Made by a program: the position numbers and the translations under genes. Shown one piece after another: positions 34,278 through 44,107 of a stretch of DNA of 64,000 nucleotides (the first letter of the stretch is position 1; each line of letters begins with the position of its first letter). Origin of the DNA: Akkermansia muciniphila. Lineage in GTDB: Bacteria; Verrucomicrobiota; Verrucomicrobiia; Limisphaerales; UBA9464. The stretch is taken from positions 18,304 through 82,303 of the forward strand of contig CAMDGV010000001.1 in NCBI GenBank assembly GCA_945898055.1, read 5' to 3'. The notes under the pieces were generated by a model. That model worked only from the letters and a program-made list of their open reading frames with translations. It ran no database searches and had not been told where the DNA came from.

Positions 34278-35840
34278 TTAGTCAGTAAAATCGCTCTTCC
34301 ACGCCGTTTGCGGCCAAGCAGTCTTGCGATCATACCCTTGCGGTGCCCCCGGTGAACTACGACCGCGTTCAATAACCGTTCTTAACCCTTTACCCAACCT
34401 CGCCACAACTTCGGGGTGAGTCGACAGCAAGTTGGTTGTCTCCGCGGGATCTTGTTCCATGTCGTATAATTGGTAACGAGGCAACCCATCGACCAATCCT
34501 TTGCCGGGTTGTGGAAAACTCCATCCACCCGAGTCGGGCACCATCAACAGCTTCCATTTTCCCTGTCGCACAGCGAAGGACCCATTATTGGAGTGATGAA
34601 CCAATAACTGCCGTCCTTCGAGTGGTTTATCATCCCCACGCAGGAGCGACAGAAAACTGACACTATCGACGGCATCAGAATCGCTGAGTCGTACCCCTAA
34701 GATTTCTGCGCAAGTAGCGAACAAATCCAACTGCCCCACAGTTCTTGCACAACGAGTCCCCGCAGGGACTTGACCCGGCCACCGAACCAAGAAGGGAACA
34801 CGATGCCCCCCTTCAAAAAGATCTGCTTTATGCCCACGAAACCCCGCACTCGGATCATGCCCCACTTTTTTTAACTCCTCCAAATTTGCTGCGGGCGAAC
34901 ACCCATTGTCAGCGGTGAAAATAACCAAAGTCGTGCGCGACAACTCCAAACGATCAAGTGCTGCCAGTATTTCCCCGATGGACGTATCTACCTGCACAAC
35001 AAAGTCGCCGTACGGATTAGTTTTTGTCCGACCCTCAAAAGCGACTGTGGGAATAATTGGGGTGTGTGGAGAAGCCAAGGCTAAGTATAAAAAGAAGGGT
35101 TTGTCATCCTTAGCCACTGCGCGTTCTTGCAAAAACCCAATAGATTTCTCAATGAAACGCGGGTGAACTTCCTCGAACTTGAAATCGGATCCGACGGGCC
35201 CCGCTCGCCACATACGCGGCTTAGGACTGTTAGTGACTGTGGATTGAGGAATCGTGGTTGCCCGATTATTTTCTAAATAGACGTAAGGCGGCATATCCAG
35301 CGAAGCACTAATTCCAAAAAAATGATCAAAGCCTTGCGCCATGGGGCCACCGCCAAACGGTTTACTAAAATCCACTTCTTCCAGCTTTGAACCCGTCCGC
35401 ACCCAATCTAATCCCAAATGCCACTTTCCTACCATTGAAGTCACGTACCCCTGTGATTTCAAAAAGGAGGCAACGGTCGCCCGCCCTTGCTCAATCAACG
35501 GTCGATCATAACCGTGGAGCACACTCGATTTCAGCGACCCGCGCCAAGAATAACGCCCGGTTAGCAATGTATACCGACTGGGGGTGCAAACTCCCGAAGC
35601 GGAATGAGCATCGGTAAAGACGCGACCTTCTGCGGCCAAACGATCAATATTTGGGGTCTTCCAAGCACTCTTTGGATTCAAGCTAGAGACATCACCCATG
35701 CCCATATCATCGGCGAGAATATACAGAATATTCGGCCGGTTAAGGGGCACGGCATAAACTGTTCTGCCCGTGCCAAAGACAAAAAAGCAGATCAACAACT
35801 GAACCACGGTGGAGGTTTTTAGATCAGAAAACACCCTCAT
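34278..35840 (-). CDS. sulfatase (formylglycine-dependent arylsulfatase family)
   Basis: Signal peptide, DDMGMGD, and the CTPSRYTLLTGRY (C-x-P-x-R) motif. The tracked ORF extends to 35855, and I prefer Met6. Confidence 0.85.
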   Translation of the reverse strand: MRVFSDLKTSTVVQLLICFFVFGTGRTVYAVPLNRPNILYILADDMGMGDVSSLNPKSAWKTPNIDRLAAEGRVFTDAHSASGVCTPSRYTLLTGRYSWRGSLKSSVLHGYDRPLIEQGRATVASFLKSQGYVTSMVGKWHLGLDWVRTGSKLEEVDFSKPFGGGPMAQGFDHFFGISASLDMPPYVYLENNRATTIPQSTVTNSPKPRMWRAGPVGSDFKFEEVHPRFIEKSIGFLQERAVAKDDKPFFLYLALASPHTPIIPTVAFEGRTKTNPYGDFVVQVDTSIGEILAALDRLELSRTTLVIFTADNGCSPAANLEELKKVGHDPSAGFRGHKADLFEGGHRVPFLVRWPGQVPAGTRCARTVGQLDLFATCAEILGVRLSDSDAVDSVSFLSLLRGDDKPLEGRQLLVHHSNNGSFAVRQGKWKLLMVPDSGGWSFPQPGKGLVDGLPRYQLYDMEQDPAETTNLLSTHPEVVARLGKGLRTVIERGRSSPGAPQGYDRKTAWPQTAWKSDFTD

Positions 35841-36020
35841 AGAGATTGAATCCACTCAACCGAAAGCCACTGCGAGCCACGGTCACTGGGGACCGGAAGA
35901 CCCTCTACAATTCCCACGGCCGAGACAACCCTAAGGATAATTAATAGCCAAGAAATTGATGCACTGACTTCTGCACTCGTAGTCTCGCCTTATTGCAAGA
36001 CTTCGGTAACATTTCCCCGT

Positions 36021-37127
36021 ATGGCGCTGGAAACACAACGTAAGACACGGGTATTGGTCGGCATGAGCGGCGGAGTCGATTCTTCGGCTACAGCGGCGCT
36101 TCTTCTTGAACAAGGCTACGATGTGGTGGGCGTAACCCTTAAACTTTGGCCTCAAGACTGCGTCAATCGGGCCGAAGACAAATGTTGCGGGCCCCAGGCT
36201 GTCATGGACGCTCGCAGCGTCTCAGCCAGCTTGGGAATTCCTTATTACTTAATTGATGAAGCTGCGGAATTCCAATCCCGCGTTATCCAATACTTTGCTG
36301 CGGAATACAAAGCAGGTCGCACTCCAAACCCCTGCGTAATGTGCAATCAACATCTTAAGTTTGGAACCCTTCTTGATCGAGCACGACAACTGGGCTGTGA
36401 CCGAATTGCGACCGGCCACTTTGCACGAGTTGAAACCACGACCGCCGGACGCACCCTGCTTCGACGAGGGAAGGATTTGAAAAAGGATCAAAGCTATTTT
36501 CTCTTTTCGCTGCGCCAACCCCAATTGGCTCGGGTGCTTTTCCCTTTGGGCGAAAAAACAAAATCGGATACTCGCGAACTTGCACGGGATTGCGGACTTC
36601 GGACGGCCGACAAAGAGGAATCGATGGAAATTTGCTTTGTCCCAGACAAGGACTACGGACGGTTTCTCGAACAATCAAACTTGGTACAACGGCATCAAGG
36701 AGAGATTGTTGATCTCCAAGGAAAGCTTCTTGGCTATCACGAGGGGATCGAATTTTACACCATCGGCCAAAGGCGCGGACTTGGAATCACTTCGGAAAAG
36801 CCTCTCTACGTTTTGGAACTTAATCCGGAGAACAACCGTGTGGTGGTTGGTGAGGAATCAAGTCTCAACCAAACAGATTTTACCGTGGCCAGTTGTAACT
36901 GGATTCCTTGGGAGGAACCACCTGCCACCTTCGAGTGCACGGTGAAGATCCGTTACAATCACCCCGGAGCGACCGCGACGGTCACCCCAAGACCCGATGG
37001 TATGGCAAAGGTGCGAATGCATGAACCCGCTCGGGCAGTGACTCCCGGGCAAGCCTGTGTTTTCTATCAAGATGATTTGGTTCTTGGCGGCGGATGGATC
37101 ACCCGTGCGCATTGCTCCATCATCTGA
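36021..37127 (+). CDS. mnmA: tRNA 2-thiouridine(34) synthase
   Basis: VLVGMSGGVDSS PP-loop and a full-length MnmA pattern (NPCVMCN, IATGHFAR). Confidence 0.9.
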   Translation: MALETQRKTRVLVGMSGGVDSSATAALLLEQGYDVVGVTLKLWPQDCVNRAEDKCCGPQAVMDARSVSASLGIPYYLIDEAAEFQSRVIQYFAAEYKAGRTPNPCVMCNQHLKFGTLLDRARQLGCDRIATGHFARVETTTAGRTLLRRGKDLKKDQSYFLFSLRQPQLARVLFPLGEKTKSDTRELARDCGLRTADKEESMEICFVPDKDYGRFLEQSNLVQRHQGEIVDLQGKLLGYHEGIEFYTIGQRRGLGITSEKPLYVLELNPENNRVVVGEESSLNQTDFTVASCNWIPWEEPPATFECTVKIRYNHPGATATVTPRPDGMAKVRMHEPARAVTPGQACVFYQDDLVLGGGWITRAHCSII

Positions 37128-37155
37128 AAAAATTCCAGGCGATCGTCGCAGCTAA

Positions 37156-37473
37156 GGCGTCGTCGAATTTGTAACTCCAAAACAGCGAGTCTCTCTTCCG
37201 CACAAGGCGAAGAAATCGAAGCCCCAGCAGGCACGCGCCGAAGTGAGCGAAGTGAAGCTGAACCGAAAGCGAGGATTCTACGAAGCGCCCTTCGATCTCT
37301 CGTTCACCACTAAGACAGAGGGCGCAGTTATCCGCTCCACAACCGCTGGATCTGAACTCACGTTGAAACGAGGGATGACCTATCAGGCAGAAAGAAACCC
37401 AGAAGACCGGGCTCGTCCAAAGAGAGGTACTCTCAGCGGATTGGCCCTGATCCAAATTTCTGATGCTAGCTGA
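37156..37473 (+). pseudogene. possible remnant of a CHB_HEX_C / CotH-associated domain
   Basis: The open frame (GTG at 37243) contains RGFYEAPFDLSFTTKTEGAVIRSTTAGSELT...G.TY. This resembles the remembered GFY..P..V.L......A.IRYTLDGSEPT pattern. There is no full-length gene. Confidence 0.3.
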
Positions 37474-37495
37474 TCGCAAGGGCCGCTGATGTCAG

Positions 37496-40387
37496 TTAGT
37501 CGATCACTCGCAAGCGATAGAACTGGGGCAGCATTTCGGCGGCAAATTCGATTTTCTGGCGATTGCTCTCCGCAGTTTTTGGAAAACCTTCCACGACTTT
37601 AAATGGCCCATAAACCGAGGTTGCAGTCTCGATCGCATAAAGCCTTCCCTTGCCACTATGCCAGTGGAGTTGGAGCTTTCCTGATGCCACCGAATTGATC
37701 GAAAGTTCGAGCGGACTCCAAGGATCTCGTGGCGATGTTCCTCGTGTAAATTCTTCTAAATTAGAAGTGCCATCGTTATCGCGATCCCCTTCAGGTCCAT
37801 CGGGCTCTAGACCAGTAAGAGGATTGGTCCCAGCCCGCACTTCCCATCCATCGGGTAATCCATCGTCATCGGAGTCGGCACGCATGGGATCGGTGCCAAA
37901 CATTTTTTCACCGGCAGCATTCAATCCATCGCCATCTGGGTCAGGATCACTGGGAAGTTGAACCGGCAGTCCCTGCAAGACGAGAGAGCCGTCGGGTTCC
38001 ACGGTTAAGGAATCTCCGATAAATCCCGAATCAAATCGGCGTGACGGAGTGGACCCATCCCAGCTAAGTCCAACGACACCTCCTATTCTTAATTCCTGAC
38101 CGAAGTTGAGTTCGCCGAGTTCAGATCGTGGGATAGAGACCTCGATAAAGTTGGCCGTCGATTCACCTGAGGATCCGGCAGCCGTTTGGATCGATCGATT
38201 AAACTGCTGAATGAGCACTCCGTTAAGCGAGGTAAAGCCCGCATCCATATGGAAGGCGCCTTGACCGAGAGCATGGGTGGAGCCCGATCTGCGAAAATTT
38301 CGTTGGACCCCATCGGCCAATTCATCGCCGAGCACCAGTGCGATAGACGGCCGAAAAAATTTAAAAGAAAGAGATTCAGCAAAATCTAAGGCGTCCACTC
38401 CCTGCCTTTCTGGGTTGAGGATGCCGTCGCCAAGCCCTTTGAGAGAATCCACCCCTGGCAGACCTGGCAATTCGAGAAAGAGGTAGAGATCAGACCCCGA
38501 ATCGAGAGCTATGCCGTCGAGACCGAGGTAGAGATGAGTGGCATCAAACATCACCCGAAGTTGACCGAGATTGCTGTTTTTCCCAGTAAACGAGGGAATA
38601 GGAGGCGCGTCCAAGAAATCATAGATTTGGCCCCAATTATTACCATCGCCGTCATTCGCCGGGCTTGTTTCGAGCTGCGCCGAAGCGGCCACTGCTTGAT
38701 GGAACCGAGGAACGGGAGGAGATCGATAGATGACCGATTCATCTTGGATCTTCCCCTGCCAATCGATGCATTGGAGGAGAAGATGATCGGTTTTGAATTG
38801 CAGGCGTGTGTAGTGGTAAACCGCCAGAAAAGTGGCACTTCGAGGGTCGGATTGGCCGAGGGGATAAGACATTCCACCGCCGCCACCGGTGACGATCGAG
38901 GTGACACCGCCGAGGGGAACGAGGCGTTCAAAATCGTGATCATGACCGGAGAGAGTCAACTGGACGCCGTAGCGTTGGGCGATCGGTAGGACTGCAGCGG
39001 CAAACTCGGCAGAATCCCGGAGCCCATTAAAGTTATAATCATCAAACCGATGAAGACCCGAAGTTTCAAAAGGTAGATGACAAATGAGCACCTTCCAAGG
39101 TTGAGAGGACGCCGCGAGATCGCGTTCGAGCCAGAGAGCTTGAGGGCTATTCGTGCGAAGAAGATATTGGGAGGCGAGCGGTTGAAAAAGGACGACAAAA
39201 TGGACCTCGCCGGCATCGAATGAATAATAGGATTGCGGTAGAGTTCCTTCGATTAAATGGTCAGAAGCGGAGGTAGTGTTCGTCGGGGCGTAGAGCACAT
39301 CCAGAAAGGGAGCCGTCCCATAGTAAAGATCATGATTGCCCCAAGCGAAGAAGGAGGGGATCGAGCGCATGATTGGGCGTTGGACGCTTAAGAAGCGGAT
39401 ATCGGCAAGACCCGGTGAAAAGTTAGGATAGATGATATCGCCGGTATGGAGCATTAAGTCGGCACCGCTGCTGCCCATTTGTTCGGTGACGCGATGTTGC
39501 CAAAGATCGCCGCCGCCTGAATCCCCAATAACTTGAACAGTCAGAGGTCCGTTCATCGGGAGAGGTTTAAAAGAGAGCGGTCGAGTTGCGGCAGTCCGAG
39601 GACCCTCATTGACCACAACCCTAAACTGGAGGGGAACACCGGGTTGAAGACCAGTAAGAATAGCCCGATGACGCGTACCGATCGGCAGAGAGACGGTTCG
39701 TTCTGCGAGAGAGTTGGTTCCAAATTCAACGCGTGCTGAGAGCGGGAGCGGGGTGGCAAAATGAAGTTCAGCTTGGTTAGAACTGACATTTTGTAAATAA
39801 GGAGCCCGCGAAAAATTGGCCAGCAATTCAGCACTAAAAACGGGCCAGCGCGAGTAGACATTGTCGGCGTGCAGTTGGACGGTAAGTAAATTGGTGCCGT
39901 TGACGATCAATCCGTTATTGAGACCAATATAAATTAATTCTGCATTACCAGTCAGATGAGGAGTCGCATCAGAAATCAGTGAGGGGATCGAATCAGGGAA
40001 CCCAGAAATACCGCGACGCGCGATTTCAACCCCATTCAACCAAGCAACAAATCCCCCTGCAAAGTCGGTCCGAAGAGAGAGCCACTGAACATTAACCGGT
40101 TCAGGGATGACAAAGCGGGTGCGGAGGAGAACACGTTCCCACCCGTTGGTAGAAACCGGGAAACCTTCGCCGTAGGCAGGCGTTCCGAATCCGGAAGGCC
40201 CAGATAGCCAAAGAGAATCGTCAAATCCAACTTCCTGCCATCCGAGCGGTGCAACGCTCGTCGATTTGAGACCGGTAAAACGCCATAAATCATCGAGGCC
40301 GACTAAGGCCACATCATCTCCAGCCCAGCCCACCGAGGATTTCAGCAGGAGCGTAAAAGAAACAGTGAGCCATCGACAAAGCCACAT
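37496..40387 (-). CDS. large secreted calcineurin-like metallophosphoesterase with TSP3-like Ca-binding repeats
   Basis: 963 aa with a signal peptide. It has GDSGGG, HTGDIIYPNF, WGNHDLYY and GHDHDFER phosphoesterase motifs, plus C-terminal DPDPDGDGL and DSDDDGLPDGWE repeats. Confidence 0.75.
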   Translation of the reverse strand: MWLCRWLTVSFTLLLKSSVGWAGDDVALVGLDDLWRFTGLKSTSVAPLGWQEVGFDDSLWLSGPSGFGTPAYGEGFPVSTNGWERVLLRTRFVIPEPVNVQWLSLRTDFAGGFVAWLNGVEIARRGISGFPDSIPSLISDATPHLTGNAELIYIGLNNGLIVNGTNLLTVQLHADNVYSRWPVFSAELLANFSRAPYLQNVSSNQAELHFATPLPLSARVEFGTNSLAERTVSLPIGTRHRAILTGLQPGVPLQFRVVVNEGPRTAATRPLSFKPLPMNGPLTVQVIGDSGGGDLWQHRVTEQMGSSGADLMLHTGDIIYPNFSPGLADIRFLSVQRPIMRSIPSFFAWGNHDLYYGTAPFLDVLYAPTNTTSASDHLIEGTLPQSYYSFDAGEVHFVVLFQPLASQYLLRTNSPQALWLERDLAASSQPWKVLICHLPFETSGLHRFDDYNFNGLRDSAEFAAAVLPIAQRYGVQLTLSGHDHDFERLVPLGGVTSIVTGGGGGMSYPLGQSDPRSATFLAVYHYTRLQFKTDHLLLQCIDWQGKIQDESVIYRSPPVPRFHQAVAASAQLETSPANDGDGNNWGQIYDFLDAPPIPSFTGKNSNLGQLRVMFDATHLYLGLDGIALDSGSDLYLFLELPGLPGVDSLKGLGDGILNPERQGVDALDFAESLSFKFFRPSIALVLGDELADGVQRNFRRSGSTHALGQGAFHMDAGFTSLNGVLIQQFNRSIQTAAGSSGESTANFIEVSIPRSELGELNFGQELRIGGVVGLSWDGSTPSRRFDSGFIGDSLTVEPDGSLVLQGLPVQLPSDPDPDGDGLNAAGEKMFGTDPMRADSDDDGLPDGWEVRAGTNPLTGLEPDGPEGDRDNDGTSNLEEFTRGTSPRDPWSPLELSINSVASGKLQLHWHSGKGRLYAIETATSVYGPFKVVEGFPKTAESNRQKIEFAAEMLPQFYRLRVID

Positions 40388-40426
40388 AATTGTGACGGTA
40401 CGGTGACAGTAGTGGGAGGCGAGAGG

Positions 40427-41476
40427 TCAATGCTTTTCATAGGAAAACCAATTTGGACTTTCCCAGGTGGCTACTTGGCCTTTGGGCGCTTGAAATAAAA
40501 GAAATTCGACGTTGAACTTTTGGGCGAGTGAGGGCGCCCGAAAGGGACCGAGAACGCTAATGACTTTGGACAATGCATCGGTGGTCATGGTTTGGTTACC
40601 GATCAAAGTCACTTGCGAATGATTGGTAAGAGCCTGACCGGTTCGAGGATCAATAATATGAGAGTAACGAACGCCGTTTATTTCAACGCGTTGGAAGAGG
40701 TCGCCGGAGGTCACTAGGGCACGGTCGCGGAGCCAAACAGTGCGTTCAGCCGGGGCATTAGAAATATCGAGGCGGCCTACCTGAACCTTCCAGCCTGATT
40801 CCCCTGGTGGCGATCCGGCCGCAAAGAGATCTCCACCTCCACTGACAAGCGAACAGCGGATACCCCGTGCCCTCAGTACACGGGTGGCTTCATCGATAGC
40901 GTAGCCTTTGGCGATGCCACCAAGGTCGAGTCGCATTCCGGGGCGTCGGAGCAGTGCAGTGGTCTGTCCGGAGCCCGTATGAGAAAGGACCACCTGAGTC
41001 CATCCTGAAGCGGTGAGTGCCGCCTCTAGGTGCGCAGGTTCGGGAAGAATCCGTTGACGACGGGCACGTTTCCAAAGATCGACGAGGGGCCCCACGGTCA
41101 CGTCAAAACTCCCATCGCCCGCTGCAGAAATACGGGCGGCCTCGAGCAAAACACCGGCCAACTCTGGCGAGAGTGGGATAGAGCGTCCGGAGCCGGCGGA
41201 TCGCGACAATCGGCTTAATTCCGAATCAGGCTCGTAATCACTGAGGATTCGGTTCAGATCGGCTACTCGCTGGAAAGCGGCGGCGGCGGCGGCATCCGCG
41301 GCTTCTGAGTTCGGTGCGTAGAGAACAATCCGCCAAGGCATACCCATGAGCGTTGCCGAATACTCTCTGCGGAATTGGGGTAGGGAGAGAGGACGGCATC
41401 CAGTGAAAATTGCGAGGAGGCAAAGGAGAAGGCACCTCGAATAAAGATGGGATAGGCCAATCATCCGAAGAGACAT
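40427..41476 (-). CDS. apbE: FAD:protein FMN transferase
   Basis: Lipobox FTGC, with MGMPWRIVLY and LGGIAKGYAIDEA motifs. Met5 (41464) would give an ATGA overlap with the upstream stop. Confidence 0.85.
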   Translation of the reverse strand: MSLRMIGLSHLYSRCLLLCLLAIFTGCRPLSLPQFRREYSATLMGMPWRIVLYAPNSEAADAAAAAAFQRVADLNRILSDYEPDSELSRLSRSAGSGRSIPLSPELAGVLLEAARISAAGDGSFDVTVGPLVDLWKRARRQRILPEPAHLEAALTASGWTQVVLSHTGSGQTTALLRRPGMRLDLGGIAKGYAIDEATRVLRARGIRCSLVSGGGDLFAAGSPPGESGWKVQVGRLDISNAPAERTVWLRDRALVTSGDLFQRVEINGVRYSHIIDPRTGQALTNHSQVTLIGNQTMTTDALSKVISVLGPFRAPSLAQKFNVEFLLFQAPKGQVATWESPNWFSYEKH

Positions 41477-42477
41477 TTGCGAATTTGAGTGATGCTAGCG
41501 GTACCGGTTGTGCCCAGTTGATGAATGACGAGGTGGGCGGCGGCCATGGCCATCTCCATAGCTTCCTCCAAGGAAGCACCCGCAGCGAGCGCTAGAGTGA
41601 GGTTAGCACTCACTGAATCACCAGCGCCTACAATATCGATAGGTCCGTTGACCGGGAAAGCGGGAACATGAACCGCGACACCACGAGGGTTGGCACCGAT
41701 AATGCCAAGTTCGGCAAGGGTAATAAAGACAGGTTGCTGATTGGAAGCGGCCATCTCCCCAGCCGCATCAAGAATCGCCGAAAAAGTCCCAAGAGATCGA
41801 CCGGAAAGGCGTTCTAATTCTGCGGCATTCATTTTCCAAACTACTTTGGGCCACCCACGTAAACCACGACGACTATCGACGAGAATTGGTAGGTCAGGAT
41901 TACGACGAGCGAGAGAATTGAGGCGATCAAGCACCGAGGCGGTAATAACGCCGGTGCCGGTCAGGTCCACTTGATCGAGGACAATCCAAGCCTGAGCATC
42001 GGCTTCGGCGGCATCGATAGAGGAGATCACTGCGGCTTCGGTCGCGGCTGGGGTGGGAGTCGTGTTTTTCAGATCCAGCCGACTGAGTTCCTCAGGGGGA
42101 TGATCTTGACGATGAAGAAGAGGCTTGGTGTAGGTAAAAGTATGGCGACCTTGGACTGTAATAAATCCATCAAGGTCAGCCCCCGACCTCGCCGTGAGAG
42201 CACGTTGGAGTTCGAAACCTTCGCCATCATCACCGCGGATGCCGATACAGCGGATACGTCCAACACCCAAGGCCGCTAAGTTATTCAGAATAGTACCAGC
42301 AGCACCGGGAAGGCAGCGGACACGGAAGATATTGTGAACTGGCAACCCAGTTTCTATAGAAATTTCGGAGGCATTGGGATCAATGTCGAAGTAACGATCC
42401 AAGCAAAAATCCCCCAAGAGAGCGAGGGTAAGGCTGGAATAACGCTGCGTGAGGAAGTCAAAGCGGTCTGGGGTCAT
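41461..42477 (-). CDS. PfkB-family carbohydrate kinase (RfaE/HldE domain-I-like)
   Basis: LLGDFCLDRY N-terminus and the DIVGAGDS motif near the C-terminus. Confidence 0.75.
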   Translation of the reverse strand: MTPDRFDFLTQRYSSLTLALLGDFCLDRYFDIDPNASEISIETGLPVHNIFRVRCLPGAAGTILNNLAALGVGRIRCIGIRGDDGEGFELQRALTARSGADLDGFITVQGRHTFTYTKPLLHRQDHPPEELSRLDLKNTTPTPAATEAAVISSIDAAEADAQAWIVLDQVDLTGTGVITASVLDRLNSLARRNPDLPILVDSRRGLRGWPKVVWKMNAAELERLSGRSLGTFSAILDAAGEMAASNQQPVFITLAELGIIGANPRGVAVHVPAFPVNGPIDIVGAGDSVSANLTLALAAGASLEEAMEMAMAAAHLVIHQLGTTGTASITQIRKCLFG

Positions 42478-43580
42478 AAAGAGGGAGAGATAAGACGGCG
42501 ATGAAGATGATGAATGAAGGCGAGGTTATCGCATTGAAGATAGTGCATTGCCCCGCCCATTCGGGAGAAGCTTTTACAAAAGCGGAGGTAATAAGCTGGA
42601 TTCGACTTGGGAGGTTCACCCTGAGTCCAATCCCATCCACCGCCGTCCTGTAAATCGACCACAAATATCTGATGGTTTCTGACTGGGCCAAAGCCATCTT
42701 GAAAGCGGATATTGTGAGCGCAACTGAGACTTTTCTCAAAGACTTGAGGGGCCATAATCGCCGATCCGACCGAGAGGACAACCCCACCGTCGAGTTGGGC
42801 GACAGCCCCAGCGAAACGGCGAAAATCTTCAGCGGCAGCGCGACCTAAAACAGACCCATTAAACATGGGGTGACAGGAGATTATATCGTAGCCGATACCC
42901 GGATGAACAGTGGCCGTAACCCCGAGACGCCACGCATTTGCAAGGATACTGGCTTGTTTCCAGTTATGACTCAGGTGGTGGCGACCTTCAGCGAGGCCAT
43001 GTCGATCCATAGCTACGAGGAGTTCGCAACACGCTGGTGACATGGGGTCGGAAGGAAATTGCGCAACCAATCCGGCGAGTTGAGAACGTGGTGGGAGCTC
43101 ACAACCCTCTTCATGAATGAAACGACCGAGGCTAGTTCCCCATCCCAGTCCCTGAAGTGCACCAGAGAGGAGGGCGAGGTGGATATTGCGGCCGGTTTCA
43201 TCCCAAGCACCAAAGGTGCCATCCGCCACGTTTTCCTCGACGCCCTCGGTGGAGCGGCCGAGCCACGCATATTCCCAGTCATGGATGGTCCCAGCGCCAT
43301 TAGTGGCAATGTGCTGGATAAATCCCTGTTCCATAAGGTCAGTCAGAAGGAGAGCTGCTCCATTTCTCAGAAGGTGAGCGCCGTACATGAGAATGACCGG
43401 TGCCCCACGTTGACGCGCCTCTTGGATGGCCACGGCGGTGGAATCGATCAGAGAAGCCAATTCAGGAATTACGGGAGAAGGATCCTGAGAAGGTAGGACG
43501 AGAATATCTTCGACACGAGACAGGCTCCGTCGATCAGCAAGCGGTCGAACATTTAAGCGGTTAAGATCTAGGGCGGGCAC
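42474..43580 (-). CDS. conserved hypothetical protein with a divergent deoxyhypusine-synthase-like fold signature
   Basis: The 368-aa segment ILMYGAHLLRNGAALLLTDLMEQGFIQHIATNGAGTIHDWEYAW parallels [19 protein letters not shown] of the DHS-like gene at 31778..32959. I recognise no other motif. Confidence 0.4.
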   Translation of the reverse strand: MPALDLNRLNVRPLADRRSLSRVEDILVLPSQDPSPVIPELASLIDSTAVAIQEARQRGAPVILMYGAHLLRNGAALLLTDLMEQGFIQHIATNGAGTIHDWEYAWLGRSTEGVEENVADGTFGAWDETGRNIHLALLSGALQGLGWGTSLGRFIHEEGCELPPRSQLAGLVAQFPSDPMSPACCELLVAMDRHGLAEGRHHLSHNWKQASILANAWRLGVTATVHPGIGYDIISCHPMFNGSVLGRAAAEDFRRFAGAVAQLDGGVVLSVGSAIMAPQVFEKSLSCAHNIRFQDGFGPVRNHQIFVVDLQDGGGWDWTQGEPPKSNPAYYLRFCKSFSRMGGAMHYLQCDNLAFIHHLHRRLISPSL

Positions 43581-44107
43581 TTCGAAATGGGATGATTCCT
43601 CAGCTCAGAATGGAAGCCTGCATTTCTGGGTCGGTGGGTGCGGGTGAAGGCTCTCGATGGTGACCCGAACAAATTCCATCCAGCCAACAGTAAACAAGTC
43701 ATTCTACTTCAATTAAATTTGCAGGCACCGAACGACAAGCCTGAGCTTACAGCGAGTTTAATTTGCCGACAAGGAGGTGGCCTGAGCCGGTTGAGCCTGA
43801 GGTAAAGAATCTGCTCCAGTGAGCTTTGGTAACGGGGTTGCCGAGGTGGACTCTTTAATCCATGAAGAATGAATTCACAGGGGTACTTGGCTTGCGCCTC
43901 GCGTGAAGTATCGTCAAAAATAGGCTGCAGAAATGGGGTGACCTAGAATGCGGAATCCGCACCGCTTGGCGGAATCGCTGCAAATGAAGCATGGGGAGTG
44001 AACTCTAGGGGACACATCGTTCACGGCGCAGTCTGACATCTTCTTCAGGACTCTTGATTGAGCCGCAAAGTGCATCGGTCATGGCTGTGACAACGGGTCA
44101 CGACCCC

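Noticed and set aside
37120-37479. A 119-aa minus-strand ORF between mnmA and the metallophosphoesterase.
   Set aside because: The opposite strand carries the CHB_HEX_C-like remnant, which is the better explanation for the open frames. The minus product has no features.
43581-44107. Known structured RNAs (RNase P, tmRNA, SRP, 6S) in the long ORF-free flank.
   Set aside because: None of the signature strings I know is present (for example GAGGAAAGTCC for RNase P, or a tmRNA tag-ORF with a tRNA-like end). It is kept only as an unexplained gap under the Wzy-like finding.
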